Origin: Candidatus Yonathbacteria bacterium
Lineage (GTDB): Bacteria > Patescibacteriota > Minisyncoccia > Phycocordibacterales > UBA1550
Reading direction: 5' to 3'
NCBI GenBank assembly: GCA_003483855.1
Contig: DMXP01000005.1
Location: forward strand, 29,202 to 93,201
DNA: 64,000 bases
Below are positions 31,072-42,751 of this stretch, piece after piece; position 1 is the first letter of the stretch, and each line of letters starts with the position of its first letter. The notes under the pieces were generated by a model. It was not told where the DNA came from and ran no database searches. It worked only from the letters and a program-made list of their open reading frames with translations. A program made the translations under genes and the position numbers.

Positions 31072-31195
31072 AAAACTAAAAAATTGTTTTAGATACGAGG
31101 AGCCTAGAAATTTTTTGAGGATGATGTACAGGCAGTACTTCGACGAGAAAAATTTCGTAGTGACAAAGTAGATGAAATAATTTTTTAGTTTTCTA
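31069..31195. repeat. Long-hairpin REP/MITE family A, copy 3, spanning stop codon to stop codon
   Basis: TAGAAAACTAAAAAATT...AATTTTTTAGTTTTCTA; TACGAGG, GTACAGGCAGTAC, GACAAAGTAG. Confidence 0.7.
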
Positions 31196-31432
31196 CAAAA
31201 TGACTGTCGCCTCATTATGAGCCACTTCCAATATCCCACTCTCCACAGGAATTACAATTTCCTTGCCTTCGCTGTCAACAATTTTTAGAACACCATTTTT
31301 GATAGGTGTCGCAAGAGGCGCATGGTGAGGAAGAATGGTAAGGTCACCTATACTACCAGTGCATGACAAACTCTCTGCTTCTCCTTTAAAAAGCACTTCG
31401 TCCACTTTTGCGATGGTTAGCTTCATTGACAT
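31193..31432 (-). CDS. atpC: ATP synthase epsilon subunit (N-terminal domain only)
   Basis: GDLTILPHHAPL; follows atpD. Confidence 0.93.
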   Translation of the reverse strand: MSMKLTIAKVDEVLFKGEAESLSCTGSIGDLTILPHHAPLATPIKNGVLKIVDSEGKEIVIPVESGILEVAHNEATVIL

Positions 31433-31433
31433 A

Positions 31434-32834
<1,401 letters not shown>

Positions 32835-32913
32835 CTAATAAATCTTCCTCAATTAGTCTGAACTCTATCATTTTTTACCCAAAAAACCAAGCCAAAAAAA
32901 GGAGAATTTGGGA

Positions 32914-32966
32914 TGTGGATAACTCAACCTATAAAAGTTGCCGTTTATTCGCAGATAGTATATATT
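32914..32966 (+). promoter_or_regulatory. DnaA box plus a sigma70 promoter facing the mazF 3' end
   Basis: TGTGGATAA at 32914; TTGCCG (32938)-17 bp-TATATT (32961). Confidence 0.6.
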
Positions 32967-32972
32967 ATAGGT

Positions 32973-33043
32973 ATTAGGGCTTCGGCCTCCGAGATACCCG
33001 TCACCGCAAGGTGGCGGGTATCGATGTTTACGGACGAGCCCTT
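32973..33043 (+). ncRNA. Candidate structured RNA antisense/convergent to mazF
   Basis: GGC-TTCG-GCC and GATACCCGTCACC-GCAA-GGTGGCGGGTATC hairpins; alternative closing stem AGGGCT/AGCCCT. Confidence 0.5.
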
Positions 33044-33455
33044 AGGTATATATTCGGAAGGCTTCAACTACTCTATCAAATTCACTTTGATTAACAGTGT
33101 CCACCTTACGCAATAACCTATTATTACTAATCACGCGTGCTTGAGTAAGTTTAATCCAGACAGGCTTCGTATATTCCTCTTCCGTTTTACTATTTTTAGC
33201 TTGTATCTGAATCTCATAATGAAAGCCATCTAGTTTCTCTTTGCTCGTTATCGGTAGCACGAGCATGGTTTCTTTATTATACACTCGCACAACCAAAACT
33301 GGCCGTTCAAAATTTTCATTTTTGCCATCAACTTCTGCTCCGACATTTACACCAAGAGCGCACCACCATACTTCACGAGGATACGCATACGCTTTCTTTC
33401 CCGAATCACCTAAATTCTTTTTCTGTGAATTCCAAGCATCAAACTCTTTTTTCAT
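33042..33455 (-). CDS. PemK/MazF family endoribonuclease toxin, no adjacent protein antitoxin
   Basis: EVWWCALGVNVGAE..GK...RPVLVV...LPITS...Q.RVI...RL. Confidence 0.88.
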   Translation of the reverse strand: MKKEFDAWNSQKKNLGDSGKKAYAYPREVWWCALGVNVGAEVDGKNENFERPVLVVRVYNKETMLVLPITSKEKLDGFHYEIQIQAKNSKTEEEYTKPVWIKLTQARVISNNRLLRKVDTVNQSEFDRVVEAFRIYT

Positions 33456-33591
33456 ATAGGCTCAATTATATCACGATTAATTATAGATAATTAAAGGTAC
33501 CTGACACCTTTCCCCTCCTTTTCTTCATATAGACATAACAAACTCCCAGCAATTGCTGAGAGTTTGTTATTAAATACACAGACCCCTTTAC

Positions 33592-34272
33592 TTATTTAAC
33601 GACCGCAGCATCCAACACAGCCTGCGCCTCCACATTCCCATTCTTTGAGGAGAGGGTTACCTCTGTAGGGGTAACAACGCCTCCAGAAGGAGGTAACACT
33701 GCTACTGATTTTATTTCATTCTCTATATCAGAAACAAAGCGACTTCCACTAAACATTTTGTGTAAATGCGCCAACTCTTCATCCCCTACGCCAATTTCTC
33801 CATTAACACTTACGGTGTATTTCCCTTGCGTCCAACCATTTACCGTAAACGCACCCAAGGAATCTCTTGTTAGGAAAACGAGGACACGATCGCCAGCCTT
33901 AAACGAAGGAGACCCTTCGACAATCATTTTTGTACCGCTTACCGAACCACCAAGAGTTTGAACAGCTAGCGTTTGAGAGGTGATGTTTTCTGGGTTATAA
34001 AGATACTTTTCAACCTCCAAAGTTACTGTAGAAACTATATCTTCTTCTCCTTCTCTAATTTTTGATGGATACTTACCACTTCGCACACTGCTTACCCTTG
34101 CAATAAGAGCCACTGTAGAACTTCTAATAAGCTCTTCTTTACTAATTTCAGCCAAAACTGCGTGCCCAACCACCGATGTCGTTTGGCTTGCTCTGGGTAA
34201 AAAAACATACACTCCCATACTTGCACCAATCACTACTAGCGAAATAATAACGGGCGAGATATTTCTTTTCAT
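33592..34272 (-). CDS. Exported hypothetical protein (TLGG...F..GDRVLVFL beta domain)
   Basis: N-terminal TM helix; co-oriented with the matrixin gene. Confidence 0.7.
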   Translation of the reverse strand: MKRNISPVIISLVVIGASMGVYVFLPRASQTTSVVGHAVLAEISKEELIRSSTVALIARVSSVRSGKYPSKIREGEEDIVSTVTLEVEKYLYNPENITSQTLAVQTLGGSVSGTKMIVEGSPSFKAGDRVLVFLTRDSLGAFTVNGWTQGKYTVSVNGEIGVGDEELAHLHKMFSGSRFVSDIENEIKSVAVLPPSGGVVTPTEVTLSSKNGNVEAQAVLDAAVVK

Positions 34273-34311
34273 AAGTTGCGAGATAAATTAATTATTAATT
34301 AAAGACAAAAA

Positions 34312-34872
34312 TTAAGGGTACACGGCGTTTATTCCACTCAAGTCATCCGCAACGAGAGTACGCTTTTTAGTTTCACCAGTTCCGACATAGCCATACATCG
34401 TTTTTTCTGTATCTCCGCCACCATATAAGTCATTCAACATAAGAAAATGCCCGAATTCATGCGTTGCGACATTCTGCACATCATACAATCCAGGAGCCCC
34501 AGAAGTTGACCATGAGTAATAACTATTAAACACTAGATCGGTGTCTGTTATTGTAGACCCAGAAGAAGTAACTGTTGTTAGGGCAAGTGCTCCTGCGCCA
34601 AAATTTGAAACAGTGATATCGTTGTTTGATGTTCCAGCAGAAAAAGTAAACGGCGACGATGCCCCATTCCAAGGAGTCATCCCTTGTGCAATCGGTGTAA
34701 TCCACGAACTTGGTATACTTGGACTTCCAAAATCAGCAGTGGTTCCATTTGTTGACCACTTTACGCCAGCATATGAATATGCAGAAACGAATGACGGGAT
34801 CATTAAAACCAGCAACATCGTACCAAAACCAAAACTGAACATTTTTTTGAGAATTAACGTATTTCGAAGCAT
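34312..34872 (-). CDS. Matrixin/M10-like zinc metalloprotease
   Basis: Signal peptide; HEFGHFLML zinc motif and Met-turn TMY. Confidence 0.85.
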   Translation of the reverse strand: MLRNTLILKKMFSFGFGTMLLVLMIPSFVSAYSYAGVKWSTNGTTADFGSPSIPSSWITPIAQGMTPWNGASSPFTFSAGTSNNDITVSNFGAGALALTTVTSSGSTITDTDLVFNSYYSWSTSGAPGLYDVQNVATHEFGHFLMLNDLYGGGDTEKTMYGYVGTGETKKRTLVADDLSGINAVYP

Positions 34873-35069
34873 AATTGAATTATTTATTAATTTTACATTG
34901 ATAGTATCTGCGCATCGACCATTACACTACAGTGTAGTAAAAAAAACTGGGTTTAGTAAATCCGCAACTGTGGACAACCTAAAAACCATTGAATAACCAC
35001 GGAACCGAAGCTAGTCACAGATAGGAAACGGGTACGGTTCACTGTCTCATTATATTTTACCACTCCCCA

Positions 35070-35229
35070 CTCCTCGTGCGAGGGATGCCTCTTGTGTGGG
35101 GACTTGCGAGCGTGAACCCAGGGTCATTCTGCTGAATGAGACGCTCACACGAGGACGATTTAGTAAAATCGCTCTTGGAGCTTTTCTAGCAAGAAAATAT
35201 CCGTACCCCGCACAAGACGGCTCCCGAGC
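35070..35229. mobile_element. MITE-like family C, copy 1, abutting the atpG stop
   Basis: Colinear with 53924-54084; internal inverted repeats CTTGTG.GGGG/CCCCGCACAAG. Confidence 0.7.
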
Positions 35230-36155
35230 TATTTCATCGCTTCAATCCCCCCGATAATCTCACTCATCTCTCTTGTAATCGCGCCTTGTCGGGCTTTGTT
35301 GTACTGACGCGTGAGTGAGAATGTAACTTCCTCGGCCTTGTCAGAAGCATTTCGCATCGCGACCATTCGCGCCGAATGCTCGGACGCCTTTGCTTCCAGA
35401 AAAGCATGGTGGAGTTCAATAGCGAGAAGTCGCGGAATGAGTGTCTCAAACACCGCCTCTGGCGATGGCTCAAACAAATAGTCAGCCGGCGCCGATTCCT
35501 TTTCAATATCAACATTTGTTTCGGCAAACGCGCCCTTCTCTGGCACGATGCCCTTTATCATTGTTGTGAGTCCCTCCACAGAGAGGGGGAGCAACGAGCG
35601 CGAAACTGGTTCCTGTTCAAATGTTGAGCGAAAGTTTGTGTACACTAGCATACACTCGTCGTACTTCCCATTTGTAAACAAGTCAGTAATGAGCGACACG
35701 ACCCCAGAAAAATCACCGATGGCGCTTTCGTCTTTCATTGTTTCAATATGCTTTTCCATAATATACCCTCGGCGCGCAAAAAATTCTTCCCCTTTGCGAC
35801 CGATAGCAATAACACCTGTGTTCTCGCGAGAAATGTATCTGTCCGAGAGAGAAGACAGGGCGCACTTTGTAGCCCCACTGTTCAGTCCTCCAGCAAGCCC
35901 TTTGTCGCTCGTCACAATAACAAGGAGAATGCGACTCACTGGACGCACAGCTACGAGTGGGTGACGAGCAATATCAACTGAGTGCGAGATGCGAGAAAGA
36001 ATACGAAATGCCGCCATAGCATATGGACGCGCTGTAAGCGCGGACAACTGCGCCTTGCGCATTTTTACACCAGAAACAGCCTCCATAGCTTTTGTGACTT
36101 GGTGCGTCTTTTGCACAGAGCGTATTTTTCCTTTTATCGCGCGGAGGGATGACAT
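35229..36155 (-). CDS. atpG: ATP synthase gamma subunit
   Basis: TKAMEAVS, SDKGLAG, ASEHSARMVAM and NKARQGAITRE motifs. Confidence 0.98.
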   Translation of the reverse strand: MSSLRAIKGKIRSVQKTHQVTKAMEAVSGVKMRKAQLSALTARPYAMAAFRILSRISHSVDIARHPLVAVRPVSRILLVIVTSDKGLAGGLNSGATKCALSSLSDRYISRENTGVIAIGRKGEEFFARRGYIMEKHIETMKDESAIGDFSGVVSLITDLFTNGKYDECMLVYTNFRSTFEQEPVSRSLLPLSVEGLTTMIKGIVPEKGAFAETNVDIEKESAPADYLFEPSPEAVFETLIPRLLAIELHHAFLEAKASEHSARMVAMRNASDKAEEVTFSLTRQYNKARQGAITREMSEIIGGIEAMK

Positions 36156-36200
36156 TTGGGTAGGTGTTAGTTTGTAGGTTTTAGTTTTTAGAAAATGCTA

Positions 36201-37772
36201 CTAGTGAACGATAAAAAGTTCTGGGTGCGATGTTACAAAATCCGCAAGAGCGAGTTTCAAATTTGCCTCAGTTTGCTCTGAAATCGCGTGCTCCTTTTTG
36301 ATTGCATCCACAATGCCCTTTGCATGATGATCAAAGTATTCTGAAAGTTTGTCCTCAAAAAGACGCATGTCCTCAACCTTGACCTTGTCAATAATTCCGG
36401 AGATGCCAGCAAAAATAACGATGACTTCTTTTTCAAATGAAAGCGGTTTCCCGTTTGTCTGCTTCAATAGCTCCGAAAGACGTCGGCCTTTTTCAATACG
36501 ATCTTTTGTTTCCTTGTCCAGGTCAGACGCAAACTGCATAAAAGCTTCAAGTTCGCGAAATTGCGCAAGCTCCAAACGAATCTTCCCAGCAACTTTCTTC
36601 ATCGCTTTTGTTTGCGCATTTGATCCAACGCGTGACACCGAGAGACCAACGTTTACCGCAGGACGCATGCCTTTGTTGAAAAGATCAGTGTCCAAATAAA
36701 TCTGTCCGTCGGTTATGGAAATCACGTTTGTGGGAATATACGCTGACACGTCTCCTTGCTGTGTCTCAATAATAGGAAGCGCAGTTAGTGACCCACCACC
36801 GAGTTTGTCCGAGAGCTTTGCGGCGCGCTCAAGAAGACGCGAGTGCAAATAAAAAATATCTCCCGGATACGCCTCGCGTCCAGGTGGACGGCGAAGTAGG
36901 AGCGACATCTGGCGATACGCAACAGCGTGCTTAGAAAGGTCGTCGTACACAACAACCGCATCTTTCCCTTTCAACATAAAAAATTCACCAATTGTCGCGC
37001 CTGTAAATGGAGCGAGGTATTGAAGCGCAGCCGCTTCCGACGCCCCAGCGACAACAACAATCGTGTACGCCATAGCTCCACGTTCCTCAAGCTCGCCCAC
37101 GATGCGCGCGATCTTTGACTCCTTTTGACCAATAGCAACATAAATACAAATAGGGCGTGTTTCTTTTGGCTCTGTGATTTGGTTTAAAATAGTATCAAGG
37201 GCGATGGCGGTCTTCCCTGTGCCACGGTCGCCAATGATGAGCTCGCGTTGTCCTCGCCCAACTGGAATCATAGAGTCAATAGCTTTGATGCCAGTGTGCA
37301 CTGGCGTATCCACTCCTGCGCGGTCAATAACTCCAAAAGCGATGCGCTCAATAGGCATTCTATCTTCTTCTTTGATCGCCCCCTTGCCGTCTACAGGCTC
37401 GCCGAGCGCATTCACAACACGACCAATCATTCCAGTTGATACGGGGATAGAAAGTGTTTTTCCTGTGCCTTTTACAATCATCCCTTCAACAATACGCTCC
37501 GCGCCAGACAAAATAACTGCCTTCACATAGTCCTCCTCTAGGTTAAGAACGAAACCAACAATCGGTTCCGCATCAAGGGTATCATTGAGTGTCTTTTTGC
37601 CAACATGTTCAAAAACAACCATTTCCGCCATCATCGCGTTTTGAAGTCCGTCAATCTCAGCGATGCCGTCGCCTGCCTTCACAACAGTGCCAACACGCTC
37701 CACTGATGTCTTTGGTTCAAGCGCTTCTATTTCCTTTCTGATTTTTTCTATGAGGATTGTGTTCATGGTCAT
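36201..37772 (-). CDS. atpA: ATP synthase alpha subunit
   Basis: GDRGTGKT and [12 protein letters not shown] motifs. Confidence 0.99.
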   Translation of the reverse strand: MTMNTILIEKIRKEIEALEPKTSVERVGTVVKAGDGIAEIDGLQNAMMAEMVVFEHVGKKTLNDTLDAEPIVGFVLNLEEDYVKAVILSGAERIVEGMIVKGTGKTLSIPVSTGMIGRVVNALGEPVDGKGAIKEEDRMPIERIAFGVIDRAGVDTPVHTGIKAIDSMIPVGRGQRELIIGDRGTGKTAIALDTILNQITEPKETRPICIYVAIGQKESKIARIVGELEERGAMAYTIVVVAGASEAAALQYLAPFTGATIGEFFMLKGKDAVVVYDDLSKHAVAYRQMSLLLRRPPGREAYPGDIFYLHSRLLERAAKLSDKLGGGSLTALPIIETQQGDVSAYIPTNVISITDGQIYLDTDLFNKGMRPAVNVGLSVSRVGSNAQTKAMKKVAGKIRLELAQFRELEAFMQFASDLDKETKDRIEKGRRLSELLKQTNGKPLSFEKEVIVIFAGISGIIDKVKVEDMRLFEDKLSEYFDHHAKGIVDAIKKEHAISEQTEANLKLALADFVTSHPELFIVH

Positions 37773-37773
37773 T

Positions 37774-38205
37774 TTAATTAGTAATGTCTCGATAAAGTTC
37801 TACGAGGGATTTTTTGTAACTGCCGTCTATCAGAGTGTCTTTTGTTCTTATTTGAAACCCTCCAACTATTGTTTCGTCCACTACATCACGGCGTGTCGCG
37901 CCTTTGCGTATAACTCCTTCTTTTTCATAATGGTCATACGCATGCGCCCACTTGCTCACACTCTTGTTGTCAGCAGTTACTAGGAGGACTTCGTTCCTAT
38001 CTCTTTCACGCGACATTATTTTTTCAAGTTCATGAGCGACAAAAGGTAGCAACCTTTCATGTCCGCGCGCTGAGACTACCTTGCGAAAGCGAGCAAAGAT
38101 TTTTTTAGAATCGCTATCGGACTCGAGCAAGCTTGCTCGTGGCTTGGCCATAGACATATTTTGTAACGCTCCATAAAGCGCCTCTGCGTACCATGATGCT
38201 TTCAT
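37774..38205 (-). CDS. atpH: ATP synthase delta subunit (divergent)
   Basis: YAEAL...[11 protein letters not shown]...LIDGS; operon position. Confidence 0.85.
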   Translation of the reverse strand: MKASWYAEALYGALQNMSMAKPRASLLESDSDSKKIFARFRKVVSARGHERLLPFVAHELEKIMSRERDRNEVLLVTADNKSVSKWAHAYDHYEKEGVIRKGATRRDVVDETIVGGFQIRTKDTLIDGSYKKSLVELYRDITN

Positions 38206-38289
38206 CCCGTTAGAAGTTACTTACGATTAGCTGATAATGGTTAAAATTTTTCATGTTGTTTAAATACACATTACTTCTAACGGGATGAA
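38201..38289. mobile_element. 89-bp MITE with 17-bp perfect terminal inverted repeats
   Basis: TTCATCCCGTTAGAAGT (38201-38217) / ACTTCTAACGGGATGAA (38273-38289). Confidence 0.75.
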
Positions 38290-38294
38290 TCCCG

Positions 38295-38750
38295 TTACTT
38301 CTTAAGCGCGCCTTGACGAAGAATCTTCTCCGCAGAGAGAACCGCCATGCGCGCGACCTCGCGCTCGGCTTTTTGAATCATCTCTTCGCGCTCGCGCGCA
38401 GTACGACGCTCTGCTTCGTTCAAAAGATGCACCGCCTTTCGGTGCGCATCTTTCATTATTGTAATCTCCGAGGTTTCCGCGTGCTTCTTTGCTGAGTCTA
38501 TAATATCATCACCTTTCATTGTGGCCTCGCGTATAATACGCGCTTTTTCAGCTTCCGCTTCACCTAGCTGACGGTCAGCTTCTTCTGCATCCTGAATGGC
38601 GCGTTCAATCTTTTTTCTACGCACATCCACCATTGCAAGAACTGGCTTGTACAAGAAAATGTACAAAACAAGCAGAAGCAAGCCAAAGTTAATCATCTGC
38701 ACAACAAGGAGCTTCCAGTTGATTCCAAATACGTCGAGAATTTGCTCCAT
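38295..38750 (-). CDS. atpF: ATP synthase F0 subunit b
   Basis: QMINFGLLL...YKPV...R; coiled coil. Confidence 0.95.
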   Translation of the reverse strand: MEQILDVFGINWKLLVVQMINFGLLLLVLYIFLYKPVLAMVDVRRKKIERAIQDAEEADRQLGEAEAEKARIIREATMKGDDIIDSAKKHAETSEITIMKDAHRKAVHLLNEAERRTAREREEMIQKAEREVARMAVLSAEKILRQGALKK

Positions 38751-38769
38751 AATTAACGAATGATTTTGA

Positions 38770-39033
<264 letters not shown>

Positions 39034-39039
39034 CTAGTC

Positions 39040-39783
39040 CTAATGCACCTCAGTGATTGCAATCTTCACAAAGAAAAGTGTGAGGAGCGCAAATATTGCG
39101 GCTTGGATAAACCCAACAAATACCTCAAAAAGCATGATGGGGACAGGCAACACAATTGGAACAAAATGCTGAATAACCAGAATCATCACTTCCCCTGCAA
39201 AAATGTTTCCGAATAAACGAACAGAAAACGAGACCAATCTTGCGACCTCAGAAAATAGTTCGATAATTCCCACCAGAAACCCTAGGGCAGAACTAAGATT
39301 AACAAATTTCTTCCCATATCTCAAGAACCCCAATGTTGCCACCCCAGCAACCTCTATTACTATGAATACGATTACGGTTAGAGCTAGTGTGGTATTGAGA
39401 TCCGTATTCATTGAGCGAAGTAGCGGAATAAACTCTCCATGAGCATTTGTCCATCCAATACTTCCTATCCCAGGGGTAAACTCAATGATATTTGCGGTAA
39501 AAATAAAAAGGAAGATAGTGAGGATTAACGGAAAAAGCTGTCGTGCCAGTTTTTCATTCCCAAGAGTTTCTGTTATGTAGTCTAAAATTCCAACAAAAAG
39601 CGTCTCAACGAGAGTTTGTAAACGCCCTGGAATTAGAGCGAGTTTTCTTCGCACAAAAAAAGTAAGCACCACCAAAAGGAAAAAAACAACGAAGCTCATC
39701 AGCATCGTGTTTGTGATTGGAATTCCCCAAAGTGTGCCTATTTGTTCAGCGGAGAGCGAGATGTGGATACTTTTTTCTGCCAT
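39040..39783 (-). CDS. atpB: ATP synthase F0 subunit a
   Basis: SVRLFGNIFAGE and QAAIF motifs. Confidence 0.97.
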   Translation of the reverse strand: MAEKSIHISLSAEQIGTLWGIPITNTMLMSFVVFFLLVVLTFFVRRKLALIPGRLQTLVETLFVGILDYITETLGNEKLARQLFPLILTIFLFIFTANIIEFTPGIGSIGWTNAHGEFIPLLRSMNTDLNTTLALTVIVFIVIEVAGVATLGFLRYGKKFVNLSSALGFLVGIIELFSEVARLVSFSVRLFGNIFAGEVMILVIQHFVPIVLPVPIMLFEVFVGFIQAAIFALLTLFFVKIAITEVH

Positions 39784-39864
39784 ATGACTGCGCGCATTCT
39801 AGCAGAAACTTGGGCTGACTTCAACAATGAAGCCGAAACACTCATGACTCAATAGATGTTGGTG

Positions 39865-40338
39865 TTAAATCCCTAAAATACGGTATACGGCAACTCCAAA
39901 AGCGATAGTTACATTGAGCGACTCCTTTGTGCCGAGCATTGGGATTTCTGCGATAACATCGCTTTGAGCAAGTACATCATTTGAAATACCAACTACCTCC
40001 GCGCCAACCACAAACGCAACCATTTCACATCCACTCACACTCACCTCTTTATAGTCTACTGATTTCTCGTCCTGCTCCAACGCAATAATAAAATACTTTT
40101 CTTCCTTTAGTTTTTTTACGCATTCAAATGTGCTTTCTACATATTCCCATTTCACAGTGTCCTCTGCTCCTAGTGCGACCTTAGCAAAATCTTTTCTTCG
40201 CTCCTCTTTTTTATCAAGTGGTGTTGGAGTGGTTCCGCACAAATATATTTTCTCTATGCCAACCGCATTTGCAGTGCGAAAAATAGAGCCAACATTGTAA
40301 ACACTGCGAAGATTGTCTAGCACTGCAACAGCCTTCAT
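39865..40338 (-). CDS. TrmH/SpoU family RNA methyltransferase
   Basis: DNLRSVYNVGSIFRTA, GAEVVG and IPMLGTKESLNV; start set at MKAVA. Confidence 0.92.
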   Translation of the reverse strand: MKAVAVLDNLRSVYNVGSIFRTANAVGIEKIYLCGTTPTPLDKKEERRKDFAKVALGAEDTVKWEYVESTFECVKKLKEEKYFIIALEQDEKSVDYKEVSVSGCEMVAFVVGAEVVGISNDVLAQSDVIAEIPMLGTKESLNVTIAFGVAVYRILGI

Positions 40339-40342
40339 TTTT

Positions 40343-41374
40343 TTAACTGTTGCGTGTTCCACGAATAGTGGAGTATATTTCAAGAAACGCAAAGAGAAGC
40401 GCGAGCGCGAGTGGTCCAAACAAAAATCCAATAGGTCCAAACAATCCTATCCCTCCTAAAATAGAAAGAAGAATTAGAAATGGATGAAGCTTCGCGCCCT
40501 TGCCTACAATCTTTGGCCCCAACACATTGTCCACCAAACCTACAGCAACAATCCCCCAAATGAGGAGTCCGACAGCCGCCACCTCCGCTCCTGTGAAAAA
40601 TAGAAATAAAATCGATGGGATAATAACGATAGATGTCCCAACACCAGGGATAAGGGCTGTTACAGCCGCCACACTACCCCAAAGGACAGAGTTTGGAACT
40701 CCAAAAATAGCGAGACCTATCGCCGTCAACACGCCCTGCACTAGCGCAACTGAAATACTCCCGCGCACCACAGAGTTGATAGCAAGTTCAAGCTTGCGAA
40801 AAATTGTTTCATCGTATACATCAGAAAGTGGGCTAAGCGCAACCACAGACTTCCTAAGCTCGTGTCCATCCTTGAACAAGTAATAAAGCGCGATAAAAAG
40901 AACGATAATGCTGACCATTATTTTCGCAACATTTGAAAAAACAGTGCCGAGGTGTTCTATTAGGAAGCTCAATCCCTGTTCCATGTACTGTTCAAAATCA
41001 AGAGACCCGACAGGAAGGAATGGTATACTCATTCCTCGCACTAGATTTTCTGTGGCTCTCAATAGTCCGCCTGCTCCACCATTATCTGTTAGAGACGAGT
41101 ATAGCGATGTTGCCTCCTGAAAAATTTGCGTGCTTAAAAATGTTACCGGCACGACAATCACAACAAGAACGAATGCGGTGGTTATGAGAGCGGAGATTCC
41201 ACGGCTCTCACGCAACGCTGATAAAATTCTTTTATGCACAGGAGAAAAAACCGTTGCAAAAATCACCCCTAAAATAAGCGTGTATAAAAACGGCTCAAAA
41301 ATAAAAAATGTGATAATAGACATCCCCACAAGAAGGGTGATGAGAAAGTATAGTTCTGATTTTTGGTAGCTCAT
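40343..41374 (-). CDS. AI-2E family transporter
   Basis: Multi-TM; DNVLGP...LHP...GG...FGPIGFLFGP. Confidence 0.9.
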   Translation of the reverse strand: MSYQKSELYFLITLLVGMSIITFFIFEPFLYTLILGVIFATVFSPVHKRILSALRESRGISALITTAFVLVVIVVPVTFLSTQIFQEATSLYSSLTDNGGAGGLLRATENLVRGMSIPFLPVGSLDFEQYMEQGLSFLIEHLGTVFSNVAKIMVSIIVLFIALYYLFKDGHELRKSVVALSPLSDVYDETIFRKLELAINSVVRGSISVALVQGVLTAIGLAIFGVPNSVLWGSVAAVTALIPGVGTSIVIIPSILFLFFTGAEVAAVGLLIWGIVAVGLVDNVLGPKIVGKGAKLHPFLILLSILGGIGLFGPIGFLFGPLALALLFAFLEIYSTIRGTRNS

Positions 41375-41384
41375 ATGGACTCAA

Positions 41385-42359
41385 TTATATAGTTTTATTG
41401 GAAAGAACGCCATTTAATCTATTTTCCGCAACAGAACGCCAAAAGAAATAGCCGACAACAGTGATTGTAACCACTGGCGAAAACCATGCTGGAATGTGCG
41501 CCCCAAATGCCTCAAGAATCATCACAAATCCAAGGAAACCAATGGAGTACATTGCGCCATTCTTTAGATAACTGTAAGAGCGAATGCGCTCAACACCCAA
41601 AACTGTGAGTTGACGCACTACAATAGCGCCAATACCAGTACCAATAAGTATCATCGGCACTGACGTAGTGAACGCAAATGCTCCAACAACACCGTCAATA
41701 CTAAACACCGTGTCAAGAACCTCCAGAAAAAGCACCTTTGACCAGTCCGACATAGAACTGTGCTCGCCAGAAGCAATGATTCGCTCCTCAATAATTTGCG
41801 CATTGTCTTTAAACCCTTGTGTTATAAAAAAGATACTAAAACCGACAGCTGATGCAAGAGCAAGATGCATTGGGTTTTCCAAAATTGACTTATTTATTTC
41901 ATAAAGAACACCTACGAGTAGAAGCGCTGCTATTGAATAAAACCAAACCGCGCCATATTTTTGGACATACCATTCGTGCGGAAGCCCAAAGTTTTTGTCC
42001 TCCATAAAAAGCCAATGCGCCCAAAGAAGAATAAGAAACATCCCACCTGCTATCATAATTATCGGCGTTGCTTCAAGGACTGCGACAGAAACAGATGGAT
42101 CATTTTGCCAAATTACAGAAATAGCGCCAAAAAAACTTAGACCCGGAGTAGAGAGGTATACAATAATAGACGGCAAAACCCCGCGAACAACGAAGACTGC
42201 AAAAAGAATTCCCCACGTAAGGAAAAATCTCCTAGCTCGACGACTCTTCATTGTTGAAAGCACGTCCGCATTGACAACCGCGTTGTCAATACTCATCACT
42301 GTTTCAAAAATTACGAGCCCGAGAATTATGAGGAAAAGTTCAAACATTGCGTTTATCAT
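41385..42359 (-). CDS. DUF475/TerC-like membrane protein
   Basis: SIDNAVVNA, LEVLD..FSIDGV and YLKNGA motifs. Confidence 0.88.
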   Translation of the reverse strand: MINAMFELFLIILGLVIFETVMSIDNAVVNADVLSTMKSRRARRFFLTWGILFAVFVVRGVLPSIIVYLSTPGLSFFGAISVIWQNDPSVSVAVLEATPIIMIAGGMFLILLWAHWLFMEDKNFGLPHEWYVQKYGAVWFYSIAALLLVGVLYEINKSILENPMHLALASAVGFSIFFITQGFKDNAQIIEERIIASGEHSSMSDWSKVLFLEVLDTVFSIDGVVGAFAFTTSVPMILIGTGIGAIVVRQLTVLGVERIRSYSYLKNGAMYSIGFLGFVMILEAFGAHIPAWFSPVVTITVVGYFFWRSVAENRLNGVLSNKTI

Positions 42360-42415
42360 AACGCATAATTGAGCAAAAGAAAAACCTGGGTAATTTACAC
42401 CCAGGTTATAGTTTA

Positions 42416-42751
42416 TTACTGGAGCTGATGCCCATCTGGACAGAAGAGAATGATCTGATCCACAAAATTATCGAGGTCTGTAGGATTGCTTCCATACTCA
42501 ACCATTTCTTCTATCACCTCATCTAGATACGCAATGGTGAATGGTAGGAGCTCAAAATTAAACTCAACCACAAACTTTTTTCTTGAGGTAGAAAAGTTTT
42601 TAAAAAAATCCTTCTCAAAAACTGGGACTCGTGTGCCTTTTGTTTTCTCCTCCTCAATTACCAACTGCATTAATACTGAAAGCCGGTCTGACTCATTTGG
42701 TAAAAAAGAAAGCGTGGTCTTGCCATCACTCGGGTTAAATCTGACGTCCAT
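42416..42751 (-). CDS. Hypothetical acidic protein
   Basis: 111-aa ORF with a perfect AAGGAGGTG SD and a downstream hairpin. Confidence 0.7.
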   Translation of the reverse strand: MDVRFNPSDGKTTLSFLPNESDRLSVLMQLVIEEEKTKGTRVPVFEKDFFKNFSTSRKKFVVEFNFELLPFTIAYLDEVIEEMVEYGSNPTDLDNFVDQIILFCPDGHQLQ

